Shown in pieces: positions 1 to 8,089 of a stretch of 64,000 nucleotides of DNA. The stretch comes from a virus, in the IMG/VR virus record IMGVR_UViG_3300025289_000026, positions 1-64,000 of that record; one strand, written 5' to 3'. Position 1 is the first letter of the stretch; each line of letters starts with the position of its first letter. The notes beneath the pieces are model-generated. The model saw only the letters and a program-made list of their open reading frames with translations, was not told the DNA's origin and searched no databases. The translations under genes and the position numbers were made by a program.

Positions 1-17
1 AACCTCGTGGACCCCTC

Positions 18-470
18 GTGATCAAACCCACCGGTGCCCCCGAGCCCAACTTCATCACCTATGGGGCGGTGCTTGGTTGTCACGATGGTGACACGATTGA
101 AGTACTGCGCGATCTCGGGCATGACGTCTACTACAAGACCAGCTTCCGGTTATTGGGCATCGATACCCCGGAGGTCAACCGGCGGGCTGAGAAACAGTAC
201 GGACTGTTGGCCCGCCAGCACCTTATCGACCTGATCTCCCAGACGACCCAATGGTGGGAAGAAGAAACCCCATGGGGCAAGATTCGCCAGCCCATCCTCG
301 TGATGAAATCGGTCGAAGCGGATAAGTTCGGCGGCAGGTGGTTGGGCGAGATATGGCTGCCCAAGGGCAAGGGCCAGCTTCAGCTTCAGATGATCGAAGA
401 CAAGTACGGTCGGACTTACGATGGTGATGCGAAGAAGATTTGGGACTTCAAAGGATACCCGGAGAGATGA
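18..470 (+). CDS. Thermonuclease (SNase-like) family nuclease
   Basis: HDGDTI, RLLGIDTPE and DKFGGRWLGEI motifs typical of the staphylococcal nuclease family. Confidence 0.88.
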   Translation: MIKPTGAPEPNFITYGAVLGCHDGDTIEVLRDLGHDVYYKTSFRLLGIDTPEVNRRAEKQYGLLARQHLIDLISQTTQWWEEETPWGKIRQPILVMKSVEADKFGGRWLGEIWLPKGKGQLQLQMIEDKYGRTYDGDAKKIWDFKGYPER

Positions 471-471
471 T

Positions 472-723
472 ATGAGTAAAAAGCATGATGATGACAGATA
501 TTTTCGCGATGCGTGGGCTTCGTTGGAAAAGACGTGCCCGGTAATTTCAAAGGCACGTGTAGTGTTCAAACAATTACCTGAGGGTACGTGGTCGTGCGAT
601 ATCGAGGACGGGATGGGGGCGGGGGTTGGCGAGAACCGTTCTGGGGCACTAATACGTGCGGCGTATTCTGTAAACATGCTAGTTTTGGAAGAATTACTTT
701 GGCTGAGGGAGTTGCCCAGATGA
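472..723 (+). CDS. Hypothetical protein
   Basis: ATG at 472 after GGAGAG; packed between neighbours. Confidence 0.6.
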   Translation: MSKKHDDDRYFRDAWASLEKTCPVISKARVVFKQLPEGTWSCDIEDGMGAGVGENRSGALIRAAYSVNMLVLEELLWLRELPR

Positions 724-980
724 AATTCCTCAGGTCGATCCTCAGCAACAGCGACGGCACCGGGTCGAGCAACCGGACGGCCATGCTGTTGATCGTGGTT
801 GCCCTCTTGGTCTGGACCACCATCTCGGTCTGGCGGACGGGCCAGGTGCCCGATATTTCAACTGGATGGGTCTCGATCCTCATGATCTTCGTCGGGGGGA
901 CGCTTGGGGGCAAAGCGGCCGACGCCATCACGGCGATCAAGGCCCCGGGTCTTGAGGATGAGGAAGAACCGAAGGCATGA
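720..980 (+). CDS. Putative two-TM holin
   Basis: ATGA overlap; 86 aa, two hydrophobic helices, charged C-tail. Confidence 0.6.
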   Translation: MKFLRSILSNSDGTGSSNRTAMLLIVVALLVWTTISVWRTGQVPDISTGWVSILMIFVGGTLGGKAADAITAIKAPGLEDEEEPKA

Positions 981-1309
981 CAACCAAGCGGCACCATGAG
1001 GCACCTGAACCCGAGGTCACGGAATCCACTGGAGTCAATGGGAACGGTGGTCGCAGTTGGGGCGAGTGGTTCGCCCGCCAGGGCACGACCCTGCGGCAAC
1101 CGAGCGTCTTGCTCTTCATGGTTCTGGCGTTCGTGTTCGGCGACATGGTGACCTTCCTGGTGGCCAAGTCGACGGGCTACGAGATCCACGTGCCCAAGGA
1201 GCGGCCGATCGTCGAGTGCATCCGGCGGGCCATCGGGATGAAGGAGATCGACGACAAGGCGTTCCGCGAGGCCGTGGTGATCTGTATTCCACCCGCGACT
1301 GACGAGTAG
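977..1309 (+). CDS. Single-TM membrane protein
   Basis: ATGA overlap; hydrophobic VLLFMVLAFVFGDMVTFLV. Confidence 0.65.
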   Translation: MTTKRHHEAPEPEVTESTGVNGNGGRSWGEWFARQGTTLRQPSVLLFMVLAFVFGDMVTFLVAKSTGYEIHVPKERPIVECIRRAIGMKEIDDKAFREAVVICIPPATDE

Positions 1310-1334
1310 CTAAAGAAAAGGGCCCAGGGCGCCC
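1309..1334 (-). terminator. Intrinsic terminator
   Basis: Minus strand GGGCGCCCTGGGCCC hairpin then TTTTCTTTAGC, just after the 1345..1980 stop. Confidence 0.7.
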
Positions 1335-1344
1335 AATCTTTTGA

Positions 1345-1980
1345 TCACTTTTTGGACAGATCCAAAATGCGATTGAGAACAGCGACCCCATCTTGATCCA
1401 GGTACTCTTGAGTCGAGTACTCGTCATAGACCTTCTTGAGCCACCCGGCGATAAGCCGAAGATCACTTATCTTGAACAGCATGAGGTACTTTTCCCGGAG
1501 CTGTTCACGCAGGGAATCCAATGCCACCTTCCCCACCATGTCGCTTACGTATAGGGTCATGCCGTCGCCGTCCCACTCCTGTTCGACGATAGTATGTTCA
1601 TTCTTACGGTAGTCGGAGTCCGTGGATATACGAAGTGATATCCGAGGGGTATCGATCGACTCGAATTCGTCGTCAACGGTAGTTTCCATTACGTCCGACG
1701 AAACTTTGGCGCCGATCCGAATATACTTTTTATCGATCAGGTACTTCAGCAACATAAAGGCGATCGCGTAGACCTCCGAGTTCTTGGACTTTCCGACTAC
1801 ACTCTTGACGAACTCGTCGATGTTCTCCTCGTACAGGGCCTCGGATTCCCAGGCAGCCTGCACCCAACCTTCCTTCAACATGTCAGCGAACTTACTCTTC
1901 AACTGCTTCGCGAGCAGAGGACGTATGTGTTCGTTGATAATATCATCGACCTCACTGTCGAGATCAAACTCCAGACTCAT
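1345..1980 (-). CDS. Hypothetical acidic protein
   Basis: 211-aa ORF with AAGGAG RBS; visibly lower GC than flanks. Confidence 0.8.
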   Translation of the reverse strand: MSLEFDLDSEVDDIINEHIRPLLAKQLKSKFADMLKEGWVQAAWESEALYEENIDEFVKSVVGKSKNSEVYAIAFMLLKYLIDKKYIRIGAKVSSDVMETTVDDEFESIDTPRISLRISTDSDYRKNEHTIVEQEWDGDGMTLYVSDMVGKVALDSLREQLREKYLMLFKISDLRLIAGWLKKVYDEYSTQEYLDQDGVAVLNRILDLSKK

Positions 1981-2005
1981 ATGGATACTCCTTGCCTAGA
2001 TTATG

Positions 2006-2031
2006 AAAAATAAAGGGCCAAGGGCGCCCTT
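2006..2031 (-). terminator. Intrinsic terminator
   Basis: Minus strand AAGGGC-GCCCTTG-GCCCTT then TATTTTT. Confidence 0.7.
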
Positions 2032-2058
2032 CTGTTTCGCTGAATCGCAAAGCCACTA

Positions 2059-2292
2059 TCACTCTATTCGCCAGATACGGCACCCCTGCAGTTTCCCTTC
2101 GGTGACATACCTGGACAAATATTTCCAACCGTTGGGGTTATGGTTGAATCCCCAGACTCGCCCACTTCCTTGACCGCTGTTGATGTTGGGGATTAGGAAC
2201 GAGTCCCCAACCTGCATCGAACCTATGGGGTACTTGGTCTTGGATCTGTTGGCTGGGATGGGCACACCTTTCTCTACCTGGAAAGTCGACAT
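2059..2292 (-). CDS. Small putative nucleic-acid-binding protein (paralog 1)
   Basis: VEKGVPIP...YP..MQVGDSF.IP...CRIWRI pattern shared with neighbour. Confidence 0.8.
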   Translation of the reverse strand: MSTFQVEKGVPIPANRSKTKYPIGSMQVGDSFLIPNINSGQGSGRVWGFNHNPNGWKYLSRYVTEGKLQGCRIWRIE

Positions 2293-2534
2293 TACTTGAT
2301 CCTCCAGATACGACAGTCCACCGGCGGGTTACCGACGGCACGAGCGCAGAACCGCTTGGTGTTGTTTGAGAGTTTGCGGAATTTGCTACACCGCGACCTC
2401 CCGGCCTTGACGTCCACCTTGGGGATCACGAACGAATCCCCAACCTCCATCTTTTCGTAGGGGTAGATGGATTCCAACTTCGGGCGTGCTGGCCCGGGTA
2501 TCGACACACCTGATTCAACTGTATAGGTAGGCAT
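2292..2534 (-). CDS. Small putative nucleic-acid-binding protein (paralog 2)
   Basis: VESGVSIP...YP..MEVGDSF.IP...CRIWRI; AAAGGAG RBS. Confidence 0.8.
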   Translation of the reverse strand: MPTYTVESGVSIPGPARPKLESIYPYEKMEVGDSFVIPKVDVKAGRSRCSKFRKLSNNTKRFCARAVGNPPVDCRIWRIK

Positions 2535-2622
2535 TGGTTACTCCTTTGGTTGCCTAGTTGAGGACACTGTTGACAATTCGTGGTTGTGGTCATCCTTTGT
2601 TGCCCCAGGGCCTTGCACAGCA

Positions 2623-3117
2623 CTATCGGGCTGCACGTTGTAATCTTTCACCAATCTGGTTGTCTGTCATGGGCTTGGGCGCAGGGAATCCATCGAGCGC
2701 GATGCCGAAGTAGGGCATGCCCCCGGGCATGACCTTCCACATGTCCCTGGGCAGCAGGAACCTGCAGTACCCCAGGGCAATGCCCAGCAGCAGGAGTTGC
2801 TCGATGTGCCGGTGTTCGCCCCAGTGGTAGCCGTCGCGCCGCAGGCACGCCTGGAGGAACGACCATCCATCGCCGGTACCCTGGTGGAATTGTTCCGGCA
2901 GTTGGCTGAGCATGTCCCGGACGTTCTGCCGTTGGGTCTCGAGTTGCTCACGGCAGAACCCCACGTTGGTTATCACGCCTGCGGCCAGCACGACATAGTC
3001 CGGCAACGGGGCGTCGGCCGCTTGGATCCGGCGCAACTCCTCCATCCTGGGGTCTTGTTCTTGGAACATCGAGGCTCCGAACGCCTGCTTCACGTTCTCG
3101 GCTGTAAGCTCATACAT
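2623..3117 (-). CDS. Hypothetical phage protein
   Basis: AAAGGAG RBS; 164 aa. Confidence 0.8.
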   Translation of the reverse strand: MYELTAENVKQAFGASMFQEQDPRMEELRRIQAADAPLPDYVVLAAGVITNVGFCREQLETQRQNVRDMLSQLPEQFHQGTGDGWSFLQACLRRDGYHWGEHRHIEQLLLLGIALGYCRFLLPRDMWKVMPGGMPYFGIALDGFPAPKPMTDNQIGERLQRAAR

Positions 3118-3164
3118 TGGTTTCTCCTTTGCAGATTGAAAAGTTGTTTTATTTCGTTCAAGTT

Positions 3165-3193
3165 CTTATGCGCACCAAAGCGTCTCGATACAC
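3165..3193 (-). promoter_or_regulatory. Putative bipartite promoter GTGTAT-N17-CATAAG
   Basis: Identical hexamers and 17-nt spacer also at 6733-6761 and 8798-8826; about 48 nt upstream of the 3117 start. Confidence 0.75.
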
Positions 3194-3199
3194 CTGCGG

Positions 3200-3208
3200 T
3201 GCTATACT
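3200..3208 (+). promoter_or_regulatory. Extended -10 promoter (TGC-TATACT), near-leaderless
   Basis: 8 nt upstream of ATG 3217; no SD. Confidence 0.6.
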
Positions 3209-3216
3209 GACGTCGT

Positions 3217-4008
3217 ATGGCTCGATACGTTTGGATCGTGTTGGCAATCTTGCTGGTGATCTTGGGCTACGGGGTAGCCAGGTACTACCGTGAGGCCGTG
3301 GCGCTCCAGGAACTCCTGTGGTTCAAGGACCGGGATAGCGCAGAGGTCAAGCGCAAGTACGACCGAGAGATCACGGTGCTGCGGGAAACCGCTGACGATC
3401 TCCGGCGGCAGATCGAAGAGGCACCCGCGGTCTCGGGTGCCAAGGTCAGGACGATCGTGAAGTATCGTGATCGTGAAGTCGTGAAGGACGTGACCACGGC
3501 GGTCGACCTGCCGCCCGGGTGTGCCGAGTGCCTCGCGGCCATCGAGATCCCGTACCATTTCGACAACTCCTACGTCGTGCTGGACGACACCCTCCGGTTC
3601 AACCCCCTGACCCAGGCGTTTGATTCGGTGGATCGCAAGTTCGTCCTGACGGATCGGTTCAACGATGCCGTCGTATCGACGGGGTTGCAGAACTTTGTCC
3701 AGCACGATGACCGATGGTTCCACGTCCGCTGGGCCGTGGGGGTGGACTACACCTGGGTGCCGATGGATAGGTTCCCTGGCCTTGGGGTTGGCCCGGCGGT
3801 CGAACTGGTGAATCTCAAGAAACTCCTGGGGGCCGAGGTGGGGATCAACCTTGCCCTCATGGTGGTGCCGAATGATATCAAAGACTCCCACGTGTCCGCG
3901 GTGCTGGACTGGAGGGTCGTGCGGAACGCCGCCCTGGGGGTCGGGTATGGACGTTCCATAGGTGACAACCTGGTGGCTGCCCAGGTGGTATTCTTTCCTT
4001 TCGACTGA
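3217..4008 (+). CDS. Membrane-anchored coiled-coil plus beta-rich protein (spanin-like candidate)
   Basis: N-terminal TM, charged helical segment, C-terminal alternating beta strands ending VVFFPFD. Confidence 0.6.
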   Translation: MARYVWIVLAILLVILGYGVARYYREAVALQELLWFKDRDSAEVKRKYDREITVLRETADDLRRQIEEAPAVSGAKVRTIVKYRDREVVKDVTTAVDLPPGCAECLAAIEIPYHFDNSYVVLDDTLRFNPLTQAFDSVDRKFVLTDRFNDAVVSTGLQNFVQHDDRWFHVRWAVGVDYTWVPMDRFPGLGVGPAVELVNLKKLLGAEVGINLALMVVPNDIKDSHVSAVLDWRVVRNAALGVGYGRSIGDNLVAAQVVFFPFD

Positions 4009-4010
4009 CC

Positions 4011-4289
4011 ATGCGGGCCGACATCACGAAGTTTCGGGTCAAGATTCTTCAGACGATCGATCGTGTGCCCCCGGGGTTTCGTGACCACGGGTGGACCGGG
4101 GGCATGCTGGTGGCCGAGCTGGGGATCCCGGAGACAACCTTGCGGCGCCACGTCAGGGCCCTTCGGGACGCGGGTCTCGTGCAGGACAGCATGACCGGCT
4201 ACCGATTACCCCCGGGCGTTAGCCAACGGCTCGATCTTGTCCTCCAGGCCGCCCGTGAGGGCAAGGCCCTGATGGTTCCCCCGGCCTAG
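4011..4289 (+). CDS. Winged-HTH DNA-binding protein
   Basis: LVAELGIPETTLRRHVRALRDAGLV HTH pattern. Confidence 0.75.
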   Translation: MRADITKFRVKILQTIDRVPPGFRDHGWTGGMLVAELGIPETTLRRHVRALRDAGLVQDSMTGYRLPPGVSQRLDLVLQAAREGKALMVPPA

Positions 4290-4320
4290 CTAAAGAAGAG
4301 GGGCTGATGCCGCCCCCCTT
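4289..4320 (-). terminator. Intrinsic terminator
   Basis: Minus strand AAGGGGGGC-GGCATCA-GCCCCTCTT 9-bp stem (one G-U), then CTTTAGC. Confidence 0.75.
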
Positions 4321-4362
4321 GCCACTTGACCCCTTGCCGACCATGGCGGGCCGGATTGTTTC

Positions 4363-4439
4363 CTACGCACCAGAGCGCTTTTGACCAGGGGCCGATGCGT
4401 AGCCCAGTGGGTTGCCTGGGTCTCCTATTTCCCCTGGTC
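4363..4439 (-). ncRNA. Unassigned structured RNA (pseudoknot with inserted hairpin)
   Basis: GACCAGGGG/CCCCUGGUC, CCCAG/CUGGG and CUACGCAUC/GGUGCGUAG helices within 77 nt. Confidence 0.55.
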
Positions 4440-4735
4440 TAGAGTTTGTTGTCTTTCATCACCATGACGAAGAGCTTGCGGAAGTCCTGGCGGTTTCCCC
4501 CAACTCCCTGGCGCAGCCAGTTGTAGAATTGCTTCCGCTTGGACAGCCGGGCCGCCGGCGCGGGGTTGATCGCGGCCTCGGCCCTGCGGTAGTGCCGGAC
4601 GCCAGTTGATTCTTGCTTTATCGAACGGCGGCGCGATACTGCGTTTTCGCCAACCATCTGGCCGTCGCGATATCGCGTCCGCAGGCGCCCCTGGACGACA
4701 GTCTTGTCGCCGTTTCGGTGCTGGATAATCTTCAT
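4439..4735 (-). CDS. Highly basic hypothetical protein
   Basis: AAAGGAG RBS; Arg/Lys rich, 98 aa. Confidence 0.7.
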   Translation of the reverse strand: MKIIQHRNGDKTVVQGRLRTRYRDGQMVGENAVSRRRSIKQESTGVRHYRRAEAAINPAPAARLSKRKQFYNWLRQGVGGNRQDFRKLFVMVMKDNKL

Positions 4736-4956
4736 GTGGTCTCTCCTTTGGTTGGCTGTGTTTCTTTGCTTGCCATCATGCTGGCGGCGTAGGCCTCCAG
4801 AATCCAGAGGATCCGGATGCCGAATTTCTGGAAAATCATCGAGAGTTCATCCCGCAGGGGCCGGGTGTCCTCACGCTTCGACACTTCGTTCCAGTATTTG
4901 GCCATCGACAGGACGGTCGTGGCTTCCTCGGGGGTCATGATGTTCTTTTGGTTCAT
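4732..4956 (-). CDS. Hypothetical protein
   Basis: Start MNQKNIM with AAGGAA RBS; ATGA overlaps. Confidence 0.6.
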   Translation of the reverse strand: MNQKNIMTPEEATTVLSMAKYWNEVSKREDTRPLRDELSMIFQKFGIRILWILEAYAASMMASKETQPTKGETT

Positions 4957-5366
4957 ACGTTTCCTTGTATCGTGGTGATGGGTAGTTGGCTCGGGTGTGG
5001 GAAATCTGCTGGTGTACGGCGCTCCCACTCCTTTGTACCTTGGGCTCGCTCTTCAGCCGTCCATTGGCGCTGAAGATGTCGAGTCATCTGCTGTTTCGTA
5101 CTCTTGTCCAGTATTTCGAGGTGGACCAACCGGGTGGATGTTTTCTCTCGCTGACCCGTGTTGACGAATACACGACCCGTCAGCGGATGGACGCCGGCAT
5201 AGTAGAAGGGCAGGTTCCCCACCATGCTCCGCAGGATACCTATACTCCTTTTGGTTTCGTAGATGTACCAACCCACGTGATCCCATAGGTGTTTGTCGGT
5301 CGTGGCGGCAGCGTTGAGATCAACGATACGGTACAGCAGTCGATGGTTTGTTTCTTTGGTCCCCAT
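4953..5366 (-). CDS. Hypothetical protein
   Basis: AAGGAG RBS, TAATG overlap. Confidence 0.7.
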   Translation of the reverse strand: MGTKETNHRLLYRIVDLNAAATTDKHLWDHVGWYIYETKRSIGILRSMVGNLPFYYAGVHPLTGRVFVNTGQREKTSTRLVHLEILDKSTKQQMTRHLQRQWTAEERAQGTKEWERRTPADFPHPSQLPITTIQGNV

Positions 5367-5893
5367 TACATCTCCTTGGGTTGAGAAGCTTTGAAGGCCA
5401 TTGGAAGTAGGGTGTAGAAACTCGTGTTGTGTAGCCCTTTATGAATCGTCCAGTAGCGACCGGTGCCGTTCCGCAAGAGGTTGAGTGTGATCTGCTTAGA
5501 TATACTGATCTGCTGAGTTGCCTTGATTATCTCTTGTTGGTTCGGTGCGTGTCCGTGCTGTATCGTGAGTTCGGCGATGGTCATTTTTAGTGTTTTCATC
5601 GCGTCGTTGTTTAACGCCTTACCCTGCTGTGTCTTGATGTCGAAGGTAGGGTTTTTCGTAGGGGTTACGTAAGGGATAATGCTACGGAACACATTGCAGA
5701 TGACACGGCCTCGTGGGCTGAGCATCACAAATTTCGTGACGAAAAGTTGAAGCGCTATACCGACCGCGATACCCCCTAGGAGTGATTGAACGGATACATT
5801 GTTCGCTGGGGTGCAGCCGGTCATCCAGATCAGGATCCAGGTGGTCCCGGTCACTAGGCAGGCGTTAGCCCACTTGTATTTTGACGGGTTCAT
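5366..5893 (-). CDS. Two-TM membrane protein with C-terminal soluble (possibly wHTH-like) domain
   Basis: Two hydrophobic segments; AT-richer codons; AAAGGAG RBS. Confidence 0.7.
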   Translation of the reverse strand: MNPSKYKWANACLVTGTTWILIWMTGCTPANNVSVQSLLGGIAVGIALQLFVTKFVMLSPRGRVICNVFRSIIPYVTPTKNPTFDIKTQQGKALNNDAMKTLKMTIAELTIQHGHAPNQQEIIKATQQISISKQITLNLLRNGTGRYWTIHKGLHNTSFYTLLPMAFKASQPKEM

Positions 5894-5897
5894 TGGG

Positions 5898-6431
5898 TTA
5901 CTCCTTTGGTAGCAGTTGATTCAGCCGGATGGCTTCTTTGACCCCTGGGTGATCCCGGGGCTCATCGACACGCACGAGCTGATATCCTCCAGGATAATGG
6001 GCCTGGTACAGGTCATGCTTACTTTCGCTCGACAGCCCGATGTCATGCCAGGCCCACATGTCGGTACTGGAGACGTGGCCGGCCAGTTGGTGCCCTGATT
6101 CCGCCAGCGCGACCGTCCTGACCCAATCGGTTCCTTCGCCCGCGTTGATGAAGACGTATATCTTGGGCTTCAGGGGATCCCCGATGGGTTCGAGTTCCTT
6201 CTGCTTCTTCTCCTCCCAGGCCGTCAGCTTTTCTTCCGACCCGTGGGAGCCGGCCGGCAGGTTCGTGTAGCACCACTGGACGATGTCGAACAGGTCGGCC
6301 CGGTTGTCCAGGTCGGCTACGGCGAATGCCCCGAACAGGTCGTTACACAGGACACGGGTCAGGAACCCCCCGGGCCGTAGCCCTTGGGTTGACCAGAGTT
6401 CCAGGGCCTCGATGTTCTCTTGAGTCATCAT
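5898..6431 (-). CDS. Hypothetical two-domain phage protein
   Basis: PGGFL..VL.NDL..A...AD..N N-terminal half plus a distinct C-terminal half. Confidence 0.8.
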   Translation of the reverse strand: MMTQENIEALELWSTQGLRPGGFLTRVLCNDLFGAFAVADLDNRADLFDIVQWCYTNLPAGSHGSEEKLTAWEEKKQKELEPIGDPLKPKIYVFINAGEGTDWVRTVALAESGHQLAGHVSSTDMWAWHDIGLSSESKHDLYQAHYPGGYQLVRVDEPRDHPGVKEAIRLNQLLPKE

Positions 6432-6688
6432 GCTGCCACCTGGGCTGTATCTCGGAAATCGTGGTGAGAGTGAAGTGAGCCCCAGGTGAGTTCAAGCACC
6501 AGGACGGCGGAAGTCCCGTCGGGACAGGTTTCGCTGATGGCCTTCTTGGCCGTTGGGAATGGCCCGTGCAACTTGCACCCAGATAGTGGGATCGGGAGTA
6601 CCGTCTTGCCTCCATGCTCGATGAACTGACAGACCTGACCGAACCCGTGGATGTTATCGTTCTGGTCAAACCTTGCGACGAAAAACAT
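6428..6688 (-). CDS. Hypothetical protein
   Basis: AAAGGAG RBS. Confidence 0.7.
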   Translation of the reverse strand: MFFVARFDQNDNIHGFGQVCQFIEHGGKTVLPIPLSGCKLHGPFPTAKKAISETCPDGTSAVLVLELTWGSLHSHHDFRDTAQVAA

Positions 6689-6732
6689 AGCAACTCCTTT
6701 GTAATTGGGAAAAGATTTTGTTCTCTCGAGTC

Positions 6733-6761
6733 CTTATGACGACCCAAGAGTCCCAATACAC
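6733..6761 (-). promoter_or_regulatory. Putative bipartite promoter GTGTAT-N17-CATAAG
   Basis: GTGTATtgggactcttgggtcgtCATAAG, about 45 nt upstream of the 6688 start. Confidence 0.75.
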
Positions 6762-6776
6762 TGGCGGGCGCCGCGG

Positions 6777-7634
6777 TTATGTCGAGAGGATTCGAACGGC
6801 TTCGTTGTAACGTCGAGCGCGATCTGCAAGCCCGTGGTCTCCGCCGTTGATCTTGCGGGTCATGTTGGTCACGTCCCCTTGATCCGCCAGGGCGCTGAGG
6901 CCGCGGGCGTTCCAATACCACGTGGCTGACAATAGCGCGGGCTCCTTGTCCAACAGGATTTCGGGTGTCTTGACGAGTCGGTCGTCCCCGTAGATGGCTT
7001 TGCTGCAGGCAAGGTAGTTGTCCTTCCCAGTGAGTTGCACCAGCCCGCGACCGCGGAAACGGTATCCGTCGCCCGAGGTCTCGGGCCCGTTGCCCATCCG
7101 GTTGGCATAGACCTTGTTCGCGATCTTCTCGGGTGCCTTGGCATACGAGGCTGCCAACGTCACGCTGGTGAAATACTTGGGGAACGTCTTGGCAAGACCG
7201 TCGGTGCTATAGTTGAGGTTTTCCTGCAGCACTTTGAAATCACTGGACTCGTGGGCACACTGGGAGAGGAACCCCGCGACCCTTTTGATCGACGTGACCT
7301 TGGCCCCAGGGAGTACCTTGCCGATCGGTTGAAACCACTGGCCACCCTGGGGGTTACCCGGGAGGATAGCCGTGAGCTTCTTTTCGGTGAAGGGGAAGTC
7401 GAACCCCAGGGCTGCGGGTTGGACGGTCGGGGGGAACATGGCGTTCCATGTGGTATCGTCGATCTGTCCGGTGGCCGGGAGCTTTTTTACGGTTTGGAAT
7501 TCCTTTACCTTGCCTTCGGTGCCACCGCCGAACTGACCATCGTCCTTGATCCCAAGGGCCCGTTGGGCCTTCCGGACATTCTCGATAACCTTGGGATCCA
7601 GGTTGGTGATCCCGTCGCCGCGTTTCAGAAACAT
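6777..7634 (-). CDS. Endolysin: peptidoglycan-binding domain plus GH19 catalytic domain
   Basis: DGQFGGGTE..VKEFQ...LPATGQID (PG-binding); FLSQCAHES, ENLNYS, YANRMGNG, FRGRGLVQLTGKDNY, KINGG (GH19). Confidence 0.95.
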   Translation of the reverse strand: MFLKRGDGITNLDPKVIENVRKAQRALGIKDDGQFGGGTEGKVKEFQTVKKLPATGQIDDTTWNAMFPPTVQPAALGFDFPFTEKKLTAILPGNPQGGQWFQPIGKVLPGAKVTSIKRVAGFLSQCAHESSDFKVLQENLNYSTDGLAKTFPKYFTSVTLAASYAKAPEKIANKVYANRMGNGPETSGDGYRFRGRGLVQLTGKDNYLACSKAIYGDDRLVKTPEILLDKEPALLSATWYWNARGLSALADQGDVTNMTRKINGGDHGLADRARRYNEAVRILST

Positions 7635-7640
7635 GGCTAC

Positions 7641-7646
7641 AGTATA
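7641..7646 (-). promoter_or_regulatory. -10 element TATACT for a leaderless endolysin mRNA
   Basis: GGGG-TATACT-GTAGCC-ATG; no SD. Confidence 0.55.
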
Positions 7647-7655
7647 CCCCAGGGA

Positions 7656-7690
7656 GCTAAAAAGAACTGGGGGCTATCCCCTGGTTCTTT
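7656..7690. terminator. Hairpin terminator
   Basis: AAAGAACTGGGGG-CTAT-CCCCTGGTTCTTT; minus-strand tail TTTTTAGC. Confidence 0.6.
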
Positions 7691-7868
7691 CGGGCATTCG
7701 CCCGCCGAGCTCTTGGATGAGCCGGTTGAGTTGTTCCTCCGTGGGTTCTCCCACGAGTTCACGGAATGTGAACTGGCAGATGTCGAATACATCTTCCCGC
7801 GGATTCTGCTGAACACGTTTCCGTACCTCATGCCGGATGATCGACATGGTTTGTTTATCGATTTTCAC
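7674..7868 (-). CDS. Hypothetical protein
   Basis: ATGA overlap within a gene chain. Confidence 0.6.
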   Translation of the reverse strand: MKIDKQTMSIIRHEVRKRVQQNPREDVFDICQFTFRELVGEPTEEQLNRLIQELGGRMPERTRG

Positions 7869-8089
7869 TTGGCTACCGGTTGGTTAGGGGTTGAGGGTCT
7901 ACAGGTGCATTCGCGGGCTCGGCTGTCCTCCACCCGGACGGTCATGAGGGACCCGCCGGTCATGAGGCATTGGCGCCCGCAGGCTTCCAGGAATTCGACC
8001 TCGTGGTTTACCGGTCGCGTGACCCAGACGGCCGCCACGACCGCGAGGCTAGCGATCGCGATGCTGATGGCTTGCCACATGGTGTCCAT
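7865..8089 (-). CDS. Small membrane-anchored Cys-containing protein
   Basis: N-terminal TM, CxxxC...CxC. Confidence 0.6.
   Translation of the reverse strand: MDTMWQAISIAIASLAVVAAVWVTRPVNHEVEFLEACGRQCLMTGGSLMTVRVEDSRARECTCRPSTPNQPVAK

Noticed and set aside
4286-4441. UAG readthrough stimulated by the pseudoknot
   Set aside because: The frame stays open about 50 codons, but the stem starts inside the stop codon with no spacer, and such open stretches are common at this GC
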